A stretch of DNA of 24,000 nt. Origin: Terriglobales bacterium (GTDB lineage: Bacteria; Acidobacteriota; Terriglobia; Terriglobales; Acidobacteriaceae). The translations under genes and the position numbers were made by a program. Location: NCBI GenBank assembly GCA_035601995.1, contig DATNNE010000047.1, forward strand, positions 1 through 24,000. The letters run 5' to 3'. Below, in pieces: positions 15,059 through 22,390 of this stretch. The notes below the pieces were generated by a model. The model searched no databases. It saw only the letters and a list, made by a program, of their open reading frames with translations, and was not told the DNA's origin. Numbering within the stretch: the first letter of the stretch is position 1; each line of letters starts with the position of its first letter.

Positions 15059-16461
15059 TGAACGAGCGTCCTGTACAAAATTCCCGAGTAGCTATCGTCG
15101 GAGGGGGATTGGCGGGACTTGCCGCCGGTTGCGCCCTTGGCAGCAGCGGCTTCCGCGTGACCCTGTTCGAGCGGCGCCCTTACCTGGGCGGACGCGCTTC
15201 TTCGTATCAGCATCCCGGCACCGGCGAAGTCGTGGACAACTGCCAGCACGTTCTGCTCGGCTGCTGCACCAATCTGATCAAGTTCTACGAACGGCTTGGC
15301 GTTGAGAACAAGATCCGCTGGTATGACCGGCTGACTTTCCTCGAACCAGGTGGACGCGCCTCGGTGATCGTGCAATCGAAACTGCCTGCGCCGCTTCACA
15401 ACGCACCGGCTTTTCTGCGCGCCGACTGTTTGGACCTGTCCGACAAACTTTCGATTGGCATGGCGATGGCAGCTCTGGCCCCTGCGACGCCGCGAGATGA
15501 CGGCGAAGCCTTCCTGACATGGCTGCGCCGCCACGGACAGACAAAGCAAGCCATCGAACGCTTCTGGAAGCCGGTGCTGGTAAGTGCCTTGAATGAAGAA
15601 TTAGATCGCATGTCCGTGCCCTACGCGGCTCAGGTGGTGCGAGAATCATTTTTGAAATCGGCCGCGGCGGGACGGATGGGCGTGCCGACTGTCCCTTTAA
15701 CCGAGCTTTACAGCGTGGCTGGAGACTACATCAACGCGCGTGGAGGCGAAGTCCGATTGCGTTGCAGCGTGGAATCTTTTCTATCCGACCAGCATTGCGT
15801 GAAGCTGCTGGTGTCGGGTGAGGAAACGAGCTTTGACTTCGTTGTTGTCGCCGTCCCGTTTGATGTTTTATCCCGCATACTGCCGCAGACGTCAGTTGCG
15901 GAGCCTTTGCGGCGAGTGCTGACGCGATTCGAGACCTCACCCATCACCGGCATTCATCTCTGGTTCGATCGCCAGATCACTGATCTTGATCATGCTGTCT
16001 TATTGGATCGAACCATTCAATGGATGTTTCACAAATCGAAACTACTCGGGCGCAACGAGAGCGGAAACGGCAGCTACGTCGAACTGGTCGTGAGTTCATC
16101 CAAGACTCTGGTCGAAAAGTCGCGAGCGGAGATCATCGAGCTAGCGATGGCCGAGCTGCGCGAGTTTTTTCCCGGCGCACGAGACGCGAACCTGGTGAAA
16201 TCGACAGTGATCAAGGAAGTCCACGCCACTTATTCGCCGCGGCCCGGAGTGGACGTATACCGTCCCGGGTCAGAAACGGTCTGGCCGAAGATCTTTCTAG
16301 CCGGAGACTGGACCGCGACGGGATGGCCCGCGACGATGGAGGGCGCAGTCCGCAGTGGATACATAGCCGCGGAATGCGTGGCCCGAGCTGCGGGAATAAA
16401 AGATTCGTCGTTTCTTGTGCCAGATCTGCCCGCGACCGGATTCATGCGGCTGTTCGGATGA
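15058..16461 (+). CDS. hpnE: Hydroxysqualene dehydroxylase, FAD-dependent amine-oxidase family (HpnE)
   Basis: N-terminal FAD fold VAIVGGGLAGLAAGCAL..FERRPYLGGR. The ATG overlaps the hpnD stop (TGATG). C-terminal FLAGDWTATGWPATMEGAVRSG is typical of the family. Confidence 0.85.
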   Translation: MNERPVQNSRVAIVGGGLAGLAAGCALGSSGFRVTLFERRPYLGGRASSYQHPGTGEVVDNCQHVLLGCCTNLIKFYERLGVENKIRWYDRLTFLEPGGRASVIVQSKLPAPLHNAPAFLRADCLDLSDKLSIGMAMAALAPATPRDDGEAFLTWLRRHGQTKQAIERFWKPVLVSALNEELDRMSVPYAAQVVRESFLKSAAAGRMGVPTVPLTELYSVAGDYINARGGEVRLRCSVESFLSDQHCVKLLVSGEETSFDFVVVAVPFDVLSRILPQTSVAEPLRRVLTRFETSPITGIHLWFDRQITDLDHAVLLDRTIQWMFHKSKLLGRNESGNGSYVELVVSSSKTLVEKSRAEIIELAMAELREFFPGARDANLVKSTVIKEVHATYSPRPGVDVYRPGSETVWPKIFLAGDWTATGWPATMEGAVRSGYIAAECVARAAGIKDSSFLVPDLPATGFMRLFG

Positions 16462-16510
16462 GCTTCAAGGCTGCTTCCCAGTTGCCGGCTGAACTTAGGC
16501 TTCACGTCTA

Positions 16511-16530
16511 ATGCACCTATTTCGGTGCAT
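16511..16530 (+). terminator. Possible terminator hairpin after hpnE
   Basis: ATGCACC-tatttc-GGTGCAT followed by aatttccctgaaaaaaaa. The stem is short and the U-tract weak. Confidence 0.3.
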
Positions 16531-16977
16531 AATTTCCCTGAAAAAAAACACTCGATTTCCCGCAAAATCTAGAAAACAAACGATCGGAATTTTTCTTGCC
16601 TTCTAGATCTATGGTTCTTAAGGTAGTTACAGGCACAATCTTGGAAACATTGGAGTTATCGTGGGCGATGGTTGGCTGCTACTCCATTTTGGAACAACAG
16701 CGAAGGACGGTTTTCGCCTTGAGCATGATTTGCGGCGCTGGCCCGTTCGTGGGTTCGATTGTCAAAGAACGTGATTATCTTGTAGATAATCTTTGCATAG
16801 CTATGTTATCGCTGATGAATGATGAAGGTCAATGAAAAAGAGGCGCGGCGCGAAGCCGGTTCCCAAATTGGGAGTGAGGAGCGCGAGGCGTCGGCGTACG
16901 GGTTAGACCCAAGTTAGCGCCGCATGAGCGGGGACGAACCTGGGGCACCGGGCCGGTTATCTCGTTGGCCAAATCCC

Positions 16978-18000
16978 TCAGCGTCGGGTCATTTCTGGCG
17001 GAACTCCCACCCTATCGCCGAAGACCTCCCGCGCTTGATCGTAGGCTCCAAGCGGCGCGATCACTCTCCCAATGAATTCTGAGATGTGCTTCCCCTGGAA
17101 TTCATCGATTACTTGAGCCTCGTCAATTCTGCGGAAGCTCCCCTTATCGTCCACAATTTCCCGCGACCAGAATCTGTGATCGAGACCCAGCAGAAACTCC
17201 TTTTCGACCGAAGTTGCCATTCGCGTGTTTGTCTTGCCCTCAACTGTTGCCCCTGGAATAATTCTCCACTCCCGCTGTCGATAGTAGGAAAGGAGCTTGT
17301 CGTTGAATTGATCGTCCGTCGGATAGAACAGGTTTTGAGCTGCGTAGATAGCGCCTCTCATCAGATCAAATGGGGCTGTCTTATAGTTTAGATAATCCAA
17401 TATGCCGCGGACGATGCTCGCCTTTACCTCGAAGCGTTGAACAATCGCCTTATCCTCATTGTTGTTCTGGAGATGCAGTACGTAATTTGGATCGACGTGA
17501 GTGGCCTCTGGGTTCGTCCTGCGAGCAAGCTCTAGGGCGGACCGCGGATCGGAAAGTTTGGACAACTGGTCCAGCAGATCCAACGTATGTCGAGCATTCT
17601 CGAACATCCACACGATGACCGGACCAACTGAGCTGAGTAGCCGATCGCCCTTCACCATTTGCGGCACGTATATGACGGGGAGTATTCCGAACTGCCGCAA
17701 CACCTGGATTGGGAACTCCAACGAGAACGGACCAAATGATTTCGCATGCCCAGACAATTCGGATTGCGAGAGCTCTGTGAAGCAGATTCTCGTCTGTCTA
17801 TTGCGGATTACCTTTGTCGTGCTGTCTACTTGGGGAATCCCCCATTCCACAACCTCTGGAGCGAGGACCATGCCGATATTCTTAACTCCCTTTAGAATTT
17901 CTAGCCCTTTTGTGATGACAAGCTCTGGCGTCTCCGACGGCAGCTTTCGCGGAAAGCTATGGTAGAAGCTTCGTTCAAATCCGTCGATCGCATTTTCCAT
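16978..18000 (-). CDS. AbiGi-like (abortive-infection family, Pfam PF10899-like) protein, 340 aa
   Basis: Pattern-level match to AbiGi as remembered: FYHSF.., LEILKGVKNIGMVL, RICFTELSQSELSGHAKSFGPFSLEF..GILPVIYVP (compare ..CFCDIPLS....H...YG.YGI.F......G.NPV.Y) and the later YYRQREWRIIPG (E.EWR motif). AAGGAG lies directly upstream of the ATG. The gene is visibly more A/T-rich than its neighbours. Confidence 0.55.
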   Translation of the reverse strand: MENAIDGFERSFYHSFPRKLPSETPELVITKGLEILKGVKNIGMVLAPEVVEWGIPQVDSTTKVIRNRQTRICFTELSQSELSGHAKSFGPFSLEFPIQVLRQFGILPVIYVPQMVKGDRLLSSVGPVIVWMFENARHTLDLLDQLSKLSDPRSALELARRTNPEATHVDPNYVLHLQNNNEDKAIVQRFEVKASIVRGILDYLNYKTAPFDLMRGAIYAAQNLFYPTDDQFNDKLLSYYRQREWRIIPGATVEGKTNTRMATSVEKEFLLGLDHRFWSREIVDDKGSFRRIDEAQVIDEFQGKHISEFIGRVIAPLGAYDQAREVFGDRVGVPPEMTRR

Positions 18001-18198
18001 CTCCTTAGCGCCCTGCCAGTCTCTCCCGTCTCAGTCAATGCTAACCCCAAAAAGCACAAAAATGCGACTCTCAAAGAAAGATGTCATTTGTGGTGGGCTC
18101 CCGTTATCTCGCTCCGGCCGAGTGGCGGGCAAACCCGAGAGATCTGCCTGGAATTAGTGCCATCGGGGTTCGGATAGGGTTTCGAAGGACGCGCCGAC

Positions 18199-18579
18199 TT
18201 ACGCGGCCAGCAGAACCACGCCGCCTGCCACCAGCAGTGCGGCCATCCAGCGGCGGTGATCGACTCGTTCGTGCAGAAACAGCTTGGCCGCAATCGCGTT
18301 GGTTATAAAAGTAAGAGAGGCCGAGGCCGGTGCGATCAGGCTGACATCGCCCCAGGATAGTCCGAACAACAAACTGTAAAAGGCCGTAGTCATGGCGAGA
18401 ACACCGAGCAGGAAGTTTGGATTCCGCAGGACTCGTCCCAACACCGTCCAGAGACCGCTCTGCCGCCAGAGCTCGCCCACGTCTCCCACCTGCTTCATGG
18501 CGCGGGAGAGCAGAACGTCGCCGGTGGTCGAAGCCAGCACGATGGCGGCAATCGAACTCCATGCGTAGGCTTGCTTCAT
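18199..18579 (-). CDS. Half-size (4-TM) EamA/DMT-superfamily membrane protein B (126 aa)
   Basis: MKQAYAWSSIAAIVLASTTGDVLLSRAMKQVG... has four hydrophobic helices and ends ..HERVDHRRWMAALLVAGGVVLLAA, the EamA C-terminal pattern. ATG 18579 has GAAGGA 6 nt upstream. The track start TTG 18600 lies inside the tandem repeat. Confidence 0.75.
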   Translation of the reverse strand: MKQAYAWSSIAAIVLASTTGDVLLSRAMKQVGDVGELWRQSGLWTVLGRVLRNPNFLLGVLAMTTAFYSLLFGLSWGDVSLIAPASASLTFITNAIAAKLFLHERVDHRRWMAALLVAGGVVLLAA

Positions 18580-18589
18580 TGCTTGTCCT

Positions 18590-18631
18590 TCATGGTTCAA
18601 GCCTCATGGTTCAAGCCTCATGGTTCGGGCC
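18590..18631 (-). repeat. 14-bp tandem repeat x3 at the junction of the two EamA genes
   Basis: Plus strand: tcatggttcaagcc tcatggttcaagcc tcatggttcgggcc. Each minus-strand unit (GAACCATGAGGCTT) carries an overlapping ATGA start/stop and a GAGG. Confidence 0.95.
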
Positions 18632-19058
18632 TCGCTGAAGCGGGTTCGTAGGCTGCTTCCTGGGCTTTGGCTTTTGCTGGATGGTGGGTCAGTGCTGGAC
18701 CCTGCGTCACGAATCCCACGCCGGCCGAGATGAGAAGAACTCCAATCCAGCGCGACGTTGTCACGGTCTCGTGCAGGAAAAACTTCGCAATCAGGGTAAG
18801 CAAAACGTAACCCAGTGAGGTCGCGGGAAGAACGTAGGTGAGGTCAGCCCAGGAAAGGGCGATCATGTAGGACGCGAAGAATCCCAGCAAGAGCAAAATG
18901 CCCAGAGCAACCGAGGGATTCAGCACGGCCAGGATTAAATCAGAAAAATGGCTCAGGGAAATGCTGCCCACTTGCTTCATGCCATGGGAGAGCAGCGAAT
19001 CGCCGATGGACGCACAGAGCGTCACGCCAGCGAGCACCAGATATTTTCGAAAGGTCAC
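18618..19058 (-). CDS. Half-size (4-TM) EamA/DMT-superfamily membrane protein A (146 aa)
   Basis: GTG start. The sequence (M)TFRKYLVLAGVTLCASIGDSLLSHGMKQVG... is a paralogue of protein B (shared ..GD.LLS..MKQVG.. and ..FLHE.V...RW....L...G...). It has a hydrophilic Ala/Pro-rich C-terminal tail. Confidence 0.75.
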   Translation of the reverse strand: MTFRKYLVLAGVTLCASIGDSLLSHGMKQVGSISLSHFSDLILAVLNPSVALGILLLLGFFASYMIALSWADLTYVLPATSLGYVLLTLIAKFFLHETVTTSRWIGVLLISAGVGFVTQGPALTHHPAKAKAQEAAYEPASARPEP

Positions 19059-19186
19059 ACTTTTGTTACCCGGCAGGTGGGAACAAGATTCCGATTTGGG
19101 GACTCGGATGCAGTAATGGCCGTAACCTCAGGGGCTAAAGCCCTTTTTCAAGAAACATTTTTCCGACGGGCTGGAGCCGCGCCCTC

Positions 19187-19216
19187 TCAAAGCTGACCAC
19201 ATTCAAAGCTAACCAC
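19187..19216. repeat. Imperfect direct repeat in the hpnJ-EamA spacer
   Basis: TCAAAGCTGACCAC (19187-19200) and TCAAAGCTAACCAC (19203-19216) differ by one mismatch and are 2 nt apart. A short GGGC-taaa-GCCC hairpin with T5 lies nearby (about 19132-19148). Confidence 0.6.
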
Positions 19217-19244
19217 CTCATTAGCGAGTTCCTGACAAAGCCCA

Positions 19245-20723
19245 CTAGGCCTTTGCCGGAGCAACCGCAGCGGCAGAATCGTCCTTCTCGCGTTTGTCCT
19301 TCACCCATTTGTGGCGCATGGCACGGACTTTCAGGAAAGTCTTTGCTTCTTTATAAAGGCGCTTGCGGTCCACGTTGTTGAATGCCGCTTTTCGCAGGAT
19401 GCGGAACACCGCCTTGGGCCGGAAATAATATTCGTCGTAAAAACGGTGCACAGACTCGAGAATCTCTTCGGCTGGCAGGCCGGGATACTGAATGTGAGCG
19501 AGTTGGTGACCGCCCTCGTCCACCATCTTGTTGTCGCCGACCATGAAGCCGTTCTTCACGGCGTAGTCATAGAGTTCGGTCCCCGGATAAGCGTGGGCAA
19601 CTGAAACTTGAATTGTCTCGACGTCCAGCTCCTTGGCGAATGCGATGGTGTTGCGAATGGTGTCGCGAGTTTCCCCGGGCAAGCCGAGGATGAAGTCGCC
19701 GTGAACTACCAATCCGAGCTTGTGACAATCCTTGGTGAACTGGCGGGCGCGCTCGATGGTCGCGCCTTTCTTGATGTTCTTCAGAATCTGCGGATCGCCA
19801 GATTCGTATCCCACGATCAGGAGTCGGCAGCCCGCGTCCTTCATCGCCTTGAGAGTCTCGTAGTCGGTCGTGACACGCGAGGTGCAAGACCATGTGAGCT
19901 TCAAAGGCTTGAGTTTGGAGCAGAGTTCGATAGTTCGCGCCTTCTGAATGTTGAAGGTGTCATCGTCGAAGAAGAACTCTCGGACATTGGGCCAATAAGT
20001 TTTTGCATTGGCCATCTCGCGGGCCACGTCGTCAGTGGAGCGCTTGCGCCAAGGGTGACCGCTCAAAGTCTGCGGCCAGAGGCAAAACGTGCACTGCGCC
20101 GGACAGCCGCGAGTGGTGTAGAGAGAAACATAAGGGTAAAGCAGGAATGGCACGTTGTATTTCGTCACATCCAAATCGCGACGATAGATTTCCGTGACAT
20201 GGGGCAGGGAGTCGAGATCCTGAATCTCCGGGCGGTCGGGGGTATGCACGACCGATCCATTCTTCCGGTACGAAATCCCTAAGATTTCTTCCAGCGGCTT
20301 GCCATGAGCGAACTCGTAAACCGTGTGGTCGAACTCCTTGCGCACCACGAAATCGATCTCAGCACAATCCTTGAGAGACCGTTCCGGCAACACGCTGACG
20401 TGCGGTCCGACAAAGGCGATCTTGATCTTGGGATTGACCTCCCGGATCTTTTTGACCAGCCGAATGTCGCCGGGGAAGCCTGGAGTACTGGTAAACAGAA
20501 CCAGAAACTCGTAACCCCGGGCAATGTTGATGGTCTCTTCCGCCGACACGTGATGCGAAGGGGCATCGAGCAGCCGAGAGCCTTCGAGCATTCCGGCAGG
20601 GTAAGCAAGCCAGACCGGGTACCAATAACTTTCAATTTCGCGAGTAGCCGGCCAACGCGAGCCGGCGCCTCCGTCGAAATTCTCGAACGACGGCGGATTC
20701 AAAAACAAGGTTTTTAATGGCAT
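19245..20723 (-). CDS. hpnJ: Hopanoid-biosynthesis-associated B12-binding radical SAM protein (HpnJ)
   Basis: The N-terminus MPLKTLFLNPPSFENFDGGAGSRWPATREIESYWYPVWLAYPAG and the cluster motif YTTRGCPAQCTFCLWPQT (CxxxCxxC) match HpnJ as remembered. 492 aa. Less likely to be the methylases HpnP or HpnR. Confidence 0.8.
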   Translation of the reverse strand: MPLKTLFLNPPSFENFDGGAGSRWPATREIESYWYPVWLAYPAGMLEGSRLLDAPSHHVSAEETINIARGYEFLVLFTSTPGFPGDIRLVKKIREVNPKIKIAFVGPHVSVLPERSLKDCAEIDFVVRKEFDHTVYEFAHGKPLEEILGISYRKNGSVVHTPDRPEIQDLDSLPHVTEIYRRDLDVTKYNVPFLLYPYVSLYTTRGCPAQCTFCLWPQTLSGHPWRKRSTDDVAREMANAKTYWPNVREFFFDDDTFNIQKARTIELCSKLKPLKLTWSCTSRVTTDYETLKAMKDAGCRLLIVGYESGDPQILKNIKKGATIERARQFTKDCHKLGLVVHGDFILGLPGETRDTIRNTIAFAKELDVETIQVSVAHAYPGTELYDYAVKNGFMVGDNKMVDEGGHQLAHIQYPGLPAEEILESVHRFYDEYYFRPKAVFRILRKAAFNNVDRKRLYKEAKTFLKVRAMRHKWVKDKREKDDSAAAVAPAKA

Positions 20724-20974
20724 ATGTGTGTGTGACTTAATATTAACATTTCACAGCGCCTTCCGCGGGCACCCAGGTACACTTCAAGTACCTGCCGTGC
20801 CAGCGTCGGCCATCACGTAATTTCTGATAAGTGTGTGCAAAACCAGTGTAATAGCTGACTCACCCTCGGCCAAAACGCTTACGGCGAATGGATAGTTTGA
20901 TGCGTCCAACAGGGAAACTGGTCGTCCAGTGGGATAGTGGCGCTCGGTGAGATCGGCTAAGCCTTTCTGACGAT

Positions 20975-21040
20975 AAAGGACACGAGGTCTCAAAGAGGTC
21001 GCCGCACGAGGTTCTCCTTTTGTGAAACTTCGTGTCCTTT
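20975..21040. repeat. Long hairpin, family B, in the tolC-hpnJ spacer
   Basis: AAAGGACACGAGG (20975-20987) pairs with CTTCGTGTCCTTT (21028-21040), with one G-U. Internal direct repeat CACGAGGTCTC / CACGAGGTTCTC. The arm shares TCCTTTGTGG with 4250-4259. Confidence 0.5.
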
Positions 21041-21067
21041 GTGGCTTACGCTGTTGGATCTCCCCGC

Positions 21068-22390
21068 TTACTTGCCGACTCCCACCCAATCCTCCAATTC
21101 GCCCGTGGCTCGGAGCAGGCTGATGCGCGCCCGTTGCAGTTCGAAATTCGTGTCCTGAAGCGCGTCGTAACGCTCATTGGCCTGATTGCGGGCGTCGTCC
21201 AAATCGTGGAGAGTCGCGCTGCCGGAGTCGACGCGGGTCTGGGTGGTGTCGAGATTGGACTTCGCGATTTGATATTCCAGGTCGACGACTTGTTGGGCGG
21301 CCGATAATTGCTCGACCGAACGTTGCAGCTTCAAAGTCTGTTCCGAAACCTGGTTTTTGGTCGCCTCCACATCCTTTCGAGCGTGCAGCGCGACTGCGTC
21401 GGCAGCCTGGGCGTGGGCGTGTTGCGACGGATTCAAGAAGGGGAATCTGATTTCCACGCCGACCGTGGCATTATTCTGCTGGAAGCTTCCCGGTCGGAAG
21501 AAATTCTGGTAATTGTTGAACGTCGCGAGTAAAGCGTACTGGGCGGCAAAATCGATGCTGGGCAACATGGCGCGATGTTCGCCGCGAGCACGGAATGCAA
21601 GAGCGGTGGCGCGAATATCGGCAATCTGGATCAACGGGCTTTCCTGCGCTGCCTTGTCCGCGAAATTGTCTTCCGGCTTTACCTCTGGCAATTCTGGAAT
21701 GGACTCAGGAACAGTCTCGATCGCAGTTGCGGGAAGGCCGGTCAATTGCGAAAGCCGGTTGCGCAGCACGTCGATCGCGCCCTGCGCTTGCGAGATGTGC
21801 AAGTAAACGCGAGCTGCATTCAGGCGCGCCTGGTTCCGGATCAACGGCGTGTCTACGCCCGCGAGAACGCGCTTGTTGACGATCTGCTCCATTTTGAGCG
21901 CGTCCTCGTATTGATGAGTCAGGTGGGTCATGAGCGCTTCCCATTTGCTGAGTTCGGCATAACTCAGGACGGTATCCTGAATCACCTGTTGGCGCTGGTC
22001 TTTTGTTTGGACGGTGCTCTCCTGCCACTCAGCTTTGGCCGCGCGGACAAAATCGCGCAACGCGGGATTGATTAACGCCGACTGCGCCGTTGTGTTGACG
22101 ATAGAAGGCGCAGACCCCTCCAGGCTCAGCGGATACCCATACGACTTGCCCAGGCCCGAACCGACGGTCAACTGCGGCAAATACTGATTGCGGGCTTCAT
22201 GGTAGGAGGCAAAGGCACGCTGCTCATCGATCTGGGAAGCCTGCATCGTCGTGCCGTGGGCCAGCGCCAGCTCCACGGCATGTTTCAGCGGTATTTGCTC
22301 TGCCGCGAGCGTTCCGGAAATCAGGCTCAGGAATACACCCGTAAGAAACAGCGGAGAAAGACGGCACGCACTACGGCAGGCAGGTTTCAT
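21068..22390 (-). CDS. TolC-family outer-membrane efflux protein (440 aa from ATG 22390)
   Basis: Signal peptide MKPACRSACRLSPLFLTGVFLSLISGTLAAEQ. Two OEP-type repeats with long coiled-coil-like segments (LKHAVELALAHGTTMQ..., ..LEYQIAKSNLDTTQTRVDSGSATLHDLDDARNQ..ELQRARISLLRATG). GAGGA lies 7 nt upstream of ATG 22390. The track start at 22477 adds 29 non-signal residues. Confidence 0.8.
   Translation of the reverse strand: MKPACRSACRLSPLFLTGVFLSLISGTLAAEQIPLKHAVELALAHGTTMQASQIDEQRAFASYHEARNQYLPQLTVGSGLGKSYGYPLSLEGSAPSIVNTTAQSALINPALRDFVRAAKAEWQESTVQTKDQRQQVIQDTVLSYAELSKWEALMTHLTHQYEDALKMEQIVNKRVLAGVDTPLIRNQARLNAARVYLHISQAQGAIDVLRNRLSQLTGLPATAIETVPESIPELPEVKPEDNFADKAAQESPLIQIADIRATALAFRARGEHRAMLPSIDFAAQYALLATFNNYQNFFRPGSFQQNNATVGVEIRFPFLNPSQHAHAQAADAVALHARKDVEATKNQVSEQTLKLQRSVEQLSAAQQVVDLEYQIAKSNLDTTQTRVDSGSATLHDLDDARNQANERYDALQDTNFELQRARISLLRATGELEDWVGVGK

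Noticed and set aside
14935-15549. 204-aa minus-strand ORF across the hpnD/hpnE junction
   Set aside because: It is antisense to two well-supported genes joined by an overlapping stop/start.
16596-16906. 79-aa ORF (TTG 16596 or ATG 16611) and the ATGA-coupled 24-aa Arg-rich ORF (16832-16906) opposite the AbiGi-like gene
   Set aside because: Neither has an SD or a recognisable family, and both sit in A/T-rich DNA where ORFs arise by chance less often but remain unsupported. They are kept only as a note in the islet finding, not as features.
18590-18631. GGTTCAAGCC strings resembling a tRNA T-arm, or a mini CRISPR-like repeat
   Set aside because: The flanks cannot form a T-stem or acceptor stem. 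The units are directly tandem (14 bp, no spacers), so this is neither a tRNA nor a CRISPR array. It is reported instead as a stop/start relay.
19608-20282. 224-aa plus-strand ORF opposite hpnJ
   Set aside because: It is antisense to the radical-SAM gene and has no motif. Its length is explained by GC-rich codon bias.
20895-20965. Cobalamin-riboswitch-like string (AACAGGGAAACTGGTCGTCCAGTGGG) near B12-dependent hpnJ
   Set aside because: The AGGGAA-hairpin resemblance is on the plus strand, antisense to the hpnJ leader. The conserved downstream core (..CCCGCCACTG.. and the B12 box) is not present in the right order on either strand. An Infernal scan with RF00174 would settle it.
20784-21089. 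101-aa minus-strand ORF in the tolC-hpnJ spacer
   Set aside because: It consists largely of the family-B hairpin repeat and overlaps the tolC stop. It is most likely non-coding.
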